From contig NIVC01000276.1 of assembly GCA_002269645.1 (NCBI GenBank), forward strand, positions 62,001 to 126,000: 64,000 nucleotides of DNA, given 5' to 3'. How positions within the stretch are numbered: the first letter of the stretch is position 1; every line of letters starts with the position of its first letter. Positions 34,601-46,600 of this stretch are shown one piece after another. Made by a program: the position numbers and the translations under genes. The DNA comes from Macrostomum lignano. Lineage: Eukaryota. The notes under the pieces are model-generated. The model saw only the letters and a list, made by a program, of their open reading frames with translations, had not been told where the DNA came from and did no database searches.

Positions 34601-37600
34601 CTCTGCTGCACAACTCTGCACACCTCTGCACATATCTGCACACCTCTGCTGCACAACTCTGCACACATCTACACAACTCTGCACACCTCTGCACTACTCT
34701 GCTGCACAACTCTGCACACCTCTGCACAACTCCGCACACCTCTGCTGCACAACTCTGCACACCTCTGCTGCACTACTCTGCACACCTCTGCACACCTCTG
34801 CACACCTACCTTGCAGACACTCAAATCCCACCTGGCATCCTCACAGAGCCCCGCCAACCCCTCTCAGGCCGCACCGTCAGCCCCGGGTCGGGCGCGGCCG
34901 CCTCCTTCGGCCGTCAGTGCCGGACGCCGCGGCTCGATCGCCAACAGTTCGAAGGCCTCGTCTGGCTGCAGCTCCCCGGCCGGCGGCTCCCAGCATCACC
35001 TGACTCAGCAGCATCACGGAGGCGTCCTGCAGCACCGGCGGCCCACCATCGTGGAGCTCGCATCGGCCAGGGCTCAGCTGGACTCCGTGCAGCAGACCGC
35101 CTGCGACCTGCAGGTGACGGTGGCGCGGTGGGACTGGGGATGGGGTGGGGCTGGAGTTGCGATGGGGGCCTGAGGATTCCGATGTGGAACCTGAGGATTC
35201 CGATTTAGAACCTGAGGATTCCGATGTGGAACCTGAGGATTCCGATTTAGAACCTGAGGATTCCGATGTGGAACCTGAGGATTCCGATGTGGAACCTGAG
35301 GATTCCGATGTGGAACCTGGGGATTCCGATGTGGAACCTGGGGATTCCGATGTGGAACCTGAGGATTCCGATGTGGAACCTGGGGATTCCGATGTGGAAC
35401 CTGGGGATTCCGATGGGGAACCTGAGGATTCCGATGTGGAACCTGGGGATTCCGATGTGGAACCTGAGGATTCCGATGTGGAACCTGGGGATTCCGATGT
35501 GGAACCTGAGGATTCCGATGTGGAACCTGAGGATTACGATGTGGAACCTGAGGATTACGATGTGGAACCTGAGGATTCCGATGGGGAACCTGAGGATTCC
35601 GATGGGGAACCTGAGGATTCCGATGTGGAACCTGAGGATTCCGATGTGGAACCTGAGGATTTCGATGTGGAACCTGAGGATTCCGATGTGGAACCTGAGG
35701 ATTCCGATGTGGAACCTGAGGATTCCGATGTGGAACCTGAGGATTCCGATGAAGATGGGCAAGGCTCTACATACAAGGCTGCAAGTTAAACGCTGTATTC
35801 TCTGGACTCTGCCGCAGGTGCTGCTGGCGGACAAGGAGGTCAGTCTGGACGCCGCCATGGCAGAGCAGCGCCGTCTCCTGCTGGCCTTCGACGCCCTGGC
35901 GGTGGTGTGCGGCCGGGCGGCCCAGCTGGACGGCTTTTCGGCTCCTCGGCTGCGCCGGGAGGCGGAGCGGCAGCGGCGGCGGGCCGAGGCGGCCGAGGCA
36001 AGCGAGGCGGAGGCGCGGAGTCGCTTCGCCGAACACCTGGCGGAGCGGGACCGCTGCCAGCGGGCTGAGCTGGCCGCTGCCAGGGAGGCGCAGATCCGGG
36101 AGGTCCGCAACACTCGCCTGATGATCGAGAAGGAGAGGGACGAGGCGCTGAGTCGGCTGGCGGAGCAGCACCGCAAACAGATGGAGGCTGTGGAGAGCAC
36201 GCACCAGGCCCAGGTGAGCTGCGGCTGTCAGCGCTGAGTAGAGGGAGACAGGTAGACAAAGAAGGGTAGGTAGAAATGGAGACAGAGAGGAAGACAGAGA
36301 GGTAGACAGAGAGGGAGACAGAGAGGGAGACAGAGGGAGACAGAGAGGGAGACAGAGAGGGAGATAGAGAGGGAGACAGAGGGAGACAGATATAGGGAGA
36401 TAGAGAGGGAGGCAGAGAGGAAGACAGAGGGAGACAGAGAGGTAGATAGAGAGGGAGACAGATAGGTAGACAGAGAGGGAGACAGAGGGAGACAGAGAGG
36501 TAGACAGAGAGGTAGACAGAGAGGGAGACAGAGAGGAAGACAGAGGGAGACAGAGAGGAAGATAGAGAGGGAGACAGAGAGGGGAACAGAGGGAGACAAG
36601 GAAGCCAGAATCGGTCAGGAAGGCAAGCGAAGGGCAGATGGGGAACAGACAGCGGCTCAGAGGCCCCACCGCACTGGCCGCCACCCGCCGCCAGCTGAGG
36701 CACCGGTCCAGCGTGGACGACGCGCACCAGACGGCCTCGGAGAAAGTCACGGACAAGCGGCTTGAACAGTGCAAACTGCAGCACCGCCTGGCCATGGAAG
36801 GTTAACTAATTATCATAATTAATGAGCCAGTTTTCTAACCGAACCGTTTGCCGCTAACTGTTTGACAGTGTGAGATTAAACTCATTAGCCATCACCTGCT
36901 GGGTAGCCCCCCTCCGGCACTGCGCTTAATGACTGACCCCCGGCCTGACCCCCCACTGCCGCCCCGCTTGCAGCTGTCGGCGGTTGCGGAGTCCCGGCAG
37001 GACGAGCTCGACGAGGAGCGACAACGGCACGATGAAGAACTGGCGGCTGCGCAGCGGCAGCTGGCAGAGCTGGAGCAAGGTGTCCGCACTGACTGACAGC
37101 TGCCTCTGGGATACTGCTTTGCCCCCCCCCCTAGCTTGCGCACATTGAATCCAAAATCTGGCTTGCTGTGGCTAACTGGACTTCTCACTCACACCTGTCT
37201 CCCTCTCTGCCTCCCTCTCTCCCTCTGTCTCCCTCTGTCTCCCTATCTCCCTCTGTCTCCCTCTCTCCCTCTGTCTCCCTCTCTCCCTCTGTCTCCCTCT
37301 CCCCCTCTGTCTCCCTCTCTCCCTCTGTCTCCCTCTCTCCCTCTTTCTCCCTCTCTCCCTCTGTCTCCCTCTCTCCCTCTTTCTCCCTCTCTCCCTCTGT
37401 CTCCCTCTCTCCATCTGTCTTTCTCTCCCTCTCTGTCTCCCTCTCTGTCTTCCTCTCTCCCTCTCTGTCTCCCTCTCTGTCTCCCTCTCTGTCTCCCTCT
37501 CTGTCTCCCTCTCTCCCTCTCTGTCTCCCTCTCTTTCTCTCTTTCTCTATCTCTCCCTCTGTCTCTCCATCTGTCTTTCTCTCCCTCTCTGGCTCCCTCT

Positions 37601-40600
37601 CTGTCTCCCTCTCTCCCTCTGTCTCCCTCTCTCCCTGTCTCCCTCTCCCCTTCTGTCTCCCTCTCCCCTTCTGTCTCCCTCTCCCCTTCTGTCTCCCTCT
37701 CCCCTTCTGTCTCCCTCTCTCCCTCTGTCTCCCTCTCTCCCTCTGTCTCCCTCTCCCCCTCTGTCTCTCTCTCTCCCTCTCTCCCTCTGTCTCCCGCTCC
37801 CCTTCTGTCTCCCTCTCTCCCTTTGTCTCCCTCTCTCCCTCTGTCTCCCTCTCTCATTCTGTCTCCCTCTCTCCCTCTCCCTCCCTCTCCCTCTGTCTCC
37901 CTCTCTCCCTCTCCCTCCCTCTCCCCTTCTGTCTCCCTCTCTCCCTCTGTCTCCCTCTCTCCCTCTGTCTCCCTCTCTCCCTGTCTCCCTCTCCCCTTCT
38001 GTCTCCCTCTCCCCTTCTGTCTCCCTCTCTCCCTCTGTCTCCCTCTCTCCCTCTGTCTCCCTCTCTCCCTCTGTCTCCCTCTCCCCTTCTGTCTCCCTCT
38101 CCCCCTCTGTCTCCCTCTCCCCCTCTGTCTCCCTCTCCCCCTCTGTCTCCCTCTCCCCCTCTGTCTCCCTCTCCCCCTCTGTCTCCCTCTCCCCCTCTGT
38201 CTCCCTTTTTCTCTCCCTCTCTGCCTTCTCTGTTTCTTGTCCTTCTCTCTGTCTCTCTGATCCTCTCAGTCCAAATCTCCCTCTCTATCTACCCCTCCCT
38301 CTCGCCTCTCGCCCGCAGATCTGCAGCGCCAACACGAGGCCAAAGTCCGCGAGCTCGGCGTTCGATTCGACGCCATGAAGTCGCACCTCACCGTAAGCTG
38401 CTGATCGATTTTCCTGCCGCATAATCGAGTTGTGGTCTCAGCTGTCTCTAATCTGTCACTAGTCTGAATCTGTCACTAATCTGAATCTGTCACTAATCTG
38501 AATCTGTCACTAATCTGAATCTGTCACTAATCTGAATCTGTCACTAATCTGAATCTGTCACTAATCTGAATCTGTCACTAATCTGAATCTGTCACTAATC
38601 TGAATCTGTCACTAATCTGAATCTGTCACTAATCTGAATCTGTCACTAATCTGAATCTGTTACTAATCTGAATCTGTCACTAATCTGAATCTGTCACTAA
38701 TCTGAATCTGTCACTAATCTGAATCTGTCACTAATCTGAATCTGTCACTAATCTGCCACTAATCTGTCACTAATCTGTCACTAATCTGTCACTAATCTGT
38801 CACTAATCTGTCACTAATATGTCACTAATCTGTCACTAATCTGCCACTAATCTGTCACTAATCTGTCATTAATCTGTCACTAATCTGCCACTAATCTGCC
38901 ACTAATCTGTCACTAATCTGTCACTAATCTGTCACTAATCTGCTTCTTTCAGAAAAAGCTGCAGGATTTGCAGGCCGCCTACGCTGAGCTCAAGATAAGG
39001 AGTGGCTTCAGCGACAGCTCAGATGCCAAGGTCTGTTTGCCATTCCCCCATCCCCACTTCCCCATCCCTACTTCCCCATCCCCACTTCCCATCCCCACTT
39101 CCCCATCGCCACTTCCCCATCCCTACTTCCCCATCCCTACTTCCCAATCCGCACTTCCCCATCCCCACTTCCCCATCCCCACTTCCCAATCCCCACTTCC
39201 CATCCCTACTTCCCCATTCCCACTTCCCATCCCCACTTCCAATCCCTACTTCCCCATCCCTACTTCCCAATCCCCACTTCCCATCCCTACTTCCCCATCC
39301 CTACTTCCCAATCCCCACTTCCCCATCCCTACTTCCCCAATCCCTACTTCCCCATCCCTACTTCCCCATCCCCACTTCCCCATCCCCACTTCCCCATTCC
39401 TACTTTCTCATCCCCACTTCCCCATCCCCACTTCCCCATCCCTACTTCCCCAATCCCTACTTCCCCATCCCTACTTCCCCATCCCCACTTCCCCATCCCC
39501 ACTTCCCCATCCCTACTTTCTCATCCCCACTTCCCCATCCCTACTTCCCTAATCCCTACTTCCCCATCCCTACTTCCCCATCCCCACTTCCCCATCCCCA
39601 CTTCCCATCCCTACTTTCTCATCCCCACTTCCCCATCCCTACTTCCCTAATCCCTACTTCCCCATCCCTACTTCCCCATCCCCACTTCCCCATCCCCACT
39701 TCCCATCCCTACTTTCTCATCCCCACTTCCCCATCCCCACTTCCCCATCCCTACTTTCCCATCCCCACTTCCCCATCCCCACTTCCCCATCCCCACTTCC
39801 CATCCCTACTTTCTCATCCCCACTTCCCCATCCCCACTTCCCCATCCCTACTTTCCCATCCCCACTTCCCCATCCCCACTTCCCCATCCCCACTTCCCCA
39901 TCCTCAATTTCCCTTCCTTAGGTCTCCAACGCCGCCACCAAGAATAAATACCGTTACCCATTTCGCCCCTTCCCTCAAATCCCCATTCGCAATCCCATTT
40001 CCCAGTCGCCAGACGGGGAGTCGCCATTCCGGCCGACTTCAACGAGCTCAGGCGAGGCGTGCGCCAGTCCGTCCTCCACCGTGTCGCACGACGATCGAGT
40101 CGTGTCGCCGGGCAACCTGCAGCTGCTGCACTCGCAGTTCGCCTCGCTGACTGAGGACAGCACAGGGCAGGTCTGAATATTTTCATTCTTCTGAAACAAA
40201 AATGTTCCATCGTTTTTACTTACAGTAATATAAAAAGCAGATTTTTAAGCAGAATTTAAGCAGAATTTTCATGCCTGACCAAACTGATCCCCAACCTGAC
40301 CAAACTGATCCCCAACCTGACCAAACTGATCCCCAACCTGACCAAACTGATCCCCAACCTGACCAAACTGATTCCAACCTGACCAAACTGATCCCCAACC
40401 TGACCAAACTGATCCCCAACCTGACCAAACTGATTCCAACCTGACCAAACTGATCCCCAACCTGACCAAACTGATTCCAACCTGACCAAACTGATCCCCA
40501 ACCTGACCAAACTGATCCCCAACCTGACCAAACTGATTCCCAACCTGACCAAACTGATTCCAACCTGACCAAACTGATCCCCAACCTGACCAAACTGATC

Positions 40601-43600
40601 CCTAACCTGACCAAACTGATCCCCAGCATGACCAAACTGATCCCCAACCTGACCAAACTGATCCCCAGCCTGACCAAACTGATCCCCAGCCTGACCAAAC
40701 TGATCCCCAACCTGACCAAACTGATCCCCAGCCTGACCAAACTGATCCCCAGCCTGACCAAACTGATCCCCAACCTAACCAAACTGATCCCCAACCTGAC
40801 CAAACTGATTCCCAAACTTATCCCAGCCTGACCAAACTGATTCCCAACCTGACCAAACTGATTCCCAGCCTGACCAAACTGATCCCCAGCCTGACCAAAC
40901 TGATCCCCAACCTGACCAAACTGATCCCCAACCTGACCAAACTGATTCCAACCTGACCAAACTGATCCCCAACCTGACCAAACTGATCCCCAACCTGACC
41001 AAACTGATTCCAACCTGACCAAACTGATCCCCAACCTGACCAAACTGATTCCAACCTGACCAAACTGATCCCCAACCTGACCAAACTGATCCCCAGCCTG
41101 ACCAAACTGATCCCCAACCTAACCAAACTGATCCCCAACCTGACCAAACTGATCCCCAACCTGACCAAACTGATCCCCAACCTGACCAAACTGATTCCCA
41201 ACCTGACCAAACTGATTCCCAACTGACCAAACTGATCCCCAACCTGACCAAACTGATCCCCAACCTGACCAAACTGATCCCCAGCCTGACCAAACTGATC
41301 CCCAGCCTGACCAAACTGATCCCCAACCTAACCAAACTGATCCCCAACCTGACCAAACTGATTCCCAAACTTATCCCAGCCTGACCAAACTGATTCCCAA
41401 CCTGACCAAACTGATTCCCAGCCTGACCAAACTGATCCCCAACCTGACCAAACTGATTCCCAACCTGACCAAACTGATCCCCAACCTAACCAAACTGATC
41501 CCCAACCTGACCAAACTGATCCCCAGCCTGACCAAACTGATCCCCTGCCTGACCAAACTGATTCCCAACCTGACCAAACTGATTCCCAACCTGACCAAAC
41601 TGATTCCCAACTGACCAAACTGATTCCCAACCTGACCAAACTGATCCCCAGCCTGACCAAACTGATTCCCAGCCTGACCAAACTGATCCCCAGCCTGACC
41701 AAACTGATCCCCAACCTGACCAAACTGATTCCCAACCTGACCAAACTGATCCCCAACCTGACCAAACTGATCCCCAGCCTGACCAAACTGATTCCCAACC
41801 TGACCAAACTGATTCCCAACCTGACCAAACTGATCCCCAACCTGACCAAACTGATTCCCAACCTGACCAAACTGATCCCCAACCTGACCAAACTGATTCC
41901 CAGCCTGACCAAACTGATCCCCAGCCTGACCAAACTGATCCCCAGCCTGACCAAACTGATTCCCAACCTGACCAAACTGATTCCCAACCTGACCAAACTG
42001 ATCCCCAGCCTGACCAAACTGATCCCCAGCCTGACCAAACTGATCCCCAGCCTGACCAAACTGATCACCGGCCTGACCAAACTGATCCCCAGCCTGACCA
42101 AACTGATCCCCAGCCTGACCAAACTGATTCCCAACCTGACCAAACTGATTCCCAACCTGACCAAACTGATTCCCAACCTGACCAAACTGATTCCCAACTG
42201 ACCAAACTGATCCCCAACCTGACCAAACTGATCCCCAGCCTGACCAAACTGATTCCCAACCTGACCAAACTGATTCCCAACCTGACCAAACTGATTCCCA
42301 ACCTGACCAAACTGATTCCCAACCTGACCAAACTGATTCCCAACTGACCAAACTGATTCCCAACCTGACCAAACTGATCCCCAACCTAACCAAACTGATC
42401 CCCAACCTGACCAAACTGATTCCCAACCTGACCAAACTGATCCCCAGCCTGACCAAACTGATCCCCAACCTAACCAAACTGATTCCCAGCCTGACCAAAC
42501 TGATCCCCAGCCTGACCAAACTGATCCCCAACCTGACCAAACTGATCCCCAGCCTGACCAAACTGATTCCCAACCTGACCAAACTGATCCCCAGCCTGAC
42601 CAAACTGATCCCCAACCTGACCAAACTGATTCCCAACTGACCAAACTGATCCCCAACCTGACCAAACTGATTCCCAAACTTATCCCAGCCTGACCAAACT
42701 GATTCCCAACCTGACCAAACTGATTCCCAGCCTGACCAAACTGATCCCCAACCTGACCAAACTGATTCCCAACCTGACCAAACTGATTCCCAGCCTGACC
42801 AAACTGATCCCCAACCTGACTAAACTGATCCCCAACCTGACCAAACTGATCCCCAGCCTGACCAAACTGATCCCCAACCTGACCAAACTGATTCCCAGCC
42901 TGACCAAACTGATCCCCAGCCTGACCAAAATGATTCCCAACCTGACCAAACTGATCCCCAACCTGACCAAACTGATTCCCAGCCTGACCAAACTGATCCC
43001 CAACCTGACCAAACTGATTCCCAACCTGACCAAACTGATTCCCAGCCTGACCAAACTGATCCCCAGCCTGACCAAACTGATTCCCAGCCTGACCAAACTG
43101 ATCCCCAGCCTGACCAAACTGATCCCCAACCTGACCAAACTGATTCCCAACCTGACCAAACTGATCCCCAGCCTGACCAAAATGATTCCCAACCTGACCA
43201 AACTGATCCCCAACCTGACCAAACTGATTCTGATCCCCAGCCTGACCAAACTGATCCCCAACCTGACCAAACTGATCCCCAACCTGACCAAACTGATTCC
43301 CAGCCTGACCAAACTGATCCCCAGCCTGACCAAACTGATCCCCAGCCTGACCAAACTGATCCCCAACCTGACCAAACTGATCCCCAGCCTGACCAAACTG
43401 ATTCCCAACCTGACCAAACTGATCCCCAACCTGACCAAACTGATCCCCAACCTGACCAAACTGATTCCCAACCTGACCAAACTGATTCCCAACCTGACCA
43501 AACTGATTCCCAGCCTGACCAAACTGATCCCCAGCCTGACCAAACTGATTCCCAACCTGACCAAACTGATTCCCAGCCTGACCAAACTGATCCCCAACCT

Positions 43601-46600
43601 GACCAAACTGATCCCCAACCTGACCAAACTGATCCCCAGCCTGACCAAACTGATCCCCAACCTGACCAAACTGATTCCCAACCTGACCAAACTGATCCCC
43701 AACCTGACCAAACTGATTCCCAACCTGACCAAACTGATTCCCAACCTGACCAAACTGATTCCCAACCTGACCAAACTGATCCCCAGCCTGACCAAACTGA
43801 TTCCCAACTGACCAAACTGATTCCCAACCTGACCAAACTGATTCCCAACCTGACCAAACTGATTCCCAACCTGACCAAACTGATTCCCAACCTGACCAAA
43901 CTGATTCCCAGCCTGACCAAACTGATCCCCAACCTGACCAAACTGATTCCCAGCCTGACCAAACTGATCCCCAGCCTGACCAAACTGATCCCCAGCCTGA
44001 CCAAACTGATCCCCAGCCTGACCAAACTGATCCCCAGCCTGACCAAACTGATCCCCAGCCTGACCAAACTGATCCCCAACCTGACCAAACTGATCCCCAA
44101 CCTAACCAAACTGATCCCCAACCTGACCAAACTGATTCCCGACCTGACCAAACTGATCCCCAGCCTGACCAAACTGATCCCCAACCTAACCAAACTGATC
44201 CCCAACCTGACCAAACTGATCCCCAACCTGACCAAACTGATCCCCAACCTGACCAAACTGATTCCCAACCTGACCAAACTGATTCCCAACTGACCAAACT
44301 GATCCCCAACCTGACCAAACTGATTCCAAACTGACCAAACTGATCCCCAACCTGACCAAACTGATCCCCAACCTGACCAAACTGATTCCCAACTGACCAA
44401 ACTGATTCCCAACCTGACCAAACTGATTCCCAACCTGACCAAACTGATTCCCAACCTGACCAAACTGATTCCCAACCTGACCAAACTGATTCCCAACCTG
44501 ACCAAACTGATCCCCAACCTAACCAAACTGATCCCCAACCTGACCAAACTGATCCCCAGCCTGACCAAACTGATTCCCAACCTGACCAAACTGATTCCCA
44601 ACCTGACCAAACTGATTCCCAACCTGACCAAACTGATTCCCAACTGACCAAACTGATTCCCAACCTGACCAAACTGATCCCAGCCTGACCAAACTGATTC
44701 CCAACCTGACCAAACTGATTCCCAACCTGACCAAACTGATTCCCAACCTGACCAAACTGATTCCCAACTGACCAAACTGATCCCCAACCTGACCAAACTG
44801 ATCCCCAGCCTGACCAAACTGATTCCCAACCTGACCAAACTGATTCCCAACCTGACCAAACTGATTCCCAACCTGACCAAACTGATTCCCAACCTGACCA
44901 AACTGATTCCCAACTGACCAAACTGATTCCCAACCTGACCAAACTGATCCCCAACCTAACCAAACTGATCCCCAACCTGACCAAACTGATTCCCAACCTG
45001 ACCAAACTGATCCCCAGCCTGACCAAACTGATCCCCAACCTAACCAAACTGATTCCCAGCCTGACCAAACTGATCCCCAGCCTGACCAAACTGATCCCCA
45101 ACCTGACCAAACTGATCCCCAGCCTGACCAAACTGATTCCCAACCTGACCAAACTGATCCCCAGCCTGACCAAACTGATTCCCAACCTGACCAAACTGAT
45201 TCCCAACCTGACCAAACTGATTCCCAACTGACCAAACTGATCCCCAACCTGACCAAACTGATTCCAACCTGACCAAACTGATCCCCAACCTGACCAAACT
45301 GATCCCCAACCTGACCAAACTGATTCCCAACTGACCAAACTGATTCCCAACCTGACCAAACTGATTCCCAACCTGACCAAACTGATTCCCAACCTGACCA
45401 AACTGATTCCCAACCTGACCAAACTGATTCCCAACCTGACCAAACTGATCCCCAACCTAACCAAACTGATCCCCAACCTGACCAAACTGATCCCCAGCCT
45501 GACCAAACTGATTCCCAACCTGACCAAACTGATTCCCAACCTGACCAAACTGATTCCCAACCTGACCAAACTGATTCCCAACTGACCAAACTGATTCCCA
45601 ACCTGACCAAACTGATCCCCAGCCTGACCAAACTGATCCCCAACCTGACCAAACTGATTCCTAACCTGACCAAACTGATCCCCAACCTGACCAAACTGAT
45701 CCCCAGCCTGACCAAACTGATCCCCAACCTGACCAAACTGATCCCCAACCTGACCAAACTGATCCCCAACCTAACCAAACTGATCCCCAACCTGACCAAA
45801 CTGATTCCCAACCTGACCAAACTGATTCCCAACTGACCAAACTGATTCCCAACCTGACCAAACTGATTCCCAACTGACCAAACTGATCCCCAACCTGACC
45901 AAACTGATTCCCAACTGACCAAACTGATCCCCAACCTGACCAAACTGATCCCCAACCTAACCAAACTGATCCCCAACCTGACCAAACTGATTCCCAACCT
46001 GACCAAACTGATCCCCAACCTGACCAAATTCATTATTATCCCCACTCCCATCCCTCCCAGTCGAGTCGCCGCCATCTGCCTGACGAGATCAGCTCGCTGA
46101 GCTCGATGCTGGAGCTCCGCAACGCCGAGCTGGCGGATTTGAGGCGCCGCCTGGCCGAATCGGACGAGGAACTGCAGGCGCTGCGGGACACGCGGGAGCG
46201 GAACGCCCTGCTGCAGCGCCGGCTGGAGAACCTGGAGGCCGTCGTCGCGCAGAAGACCGAAAATGAGAAGTGAGGATGGGGAATGGGGTGTTAGGATGGG
46301 GAAGGGGGGTAGGATGGGGAAGGGAGGGTAGGATGGGGAAGGGAGGGTAGGATGGGGAAGGGGGGTAGGATGGGGAAGGGAGGGTAGGATGGGGAAGGGA
46401 GGGTAGGATGGGGAAGGGGGGTAGGATGGGGAAGGGAGGGTAGGATGGGGAAGGGAGGGTAGGATGGGGAAGGGGGTAGGATGGGGAAGGGAGGGTAGGA
46501 TGGGGAAGGGAGGGTAGGATGGGGAAGGGGGGTAGGATGGGGAAGGGAGGGTAGGATGGGGAAGGGAGGGTAGGATGGGGAAGGGAGGGTAGGATGGGGA

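Noticed and set aside
35145-35789. EPEDSDV-repeat ORF resembling an acidic adhesin or biomineral protein
   Set aside because: Lies between a good donor (35114) and acceptor (35817), in a different frame from the flanking exons; a 21-bp unit is trivially open.
35247-38424. Long antisense or repeat ORFs (ILRFHIG, SLSPS, LPLCL)
   Set aside because: Shadow frames of GC-rich exons plus simple repeats, with no splice or homology support.
40216-46075. Very long ORFs (up to 1417 aa; LGISLVR, WSGWES, QFGQVGD repeats)
   Set aside because: They are translations of a stop-free 20/21-bp minisatellite inside an intron bounded by in-phase MTUS-like exons; composition changes at every unit indel.
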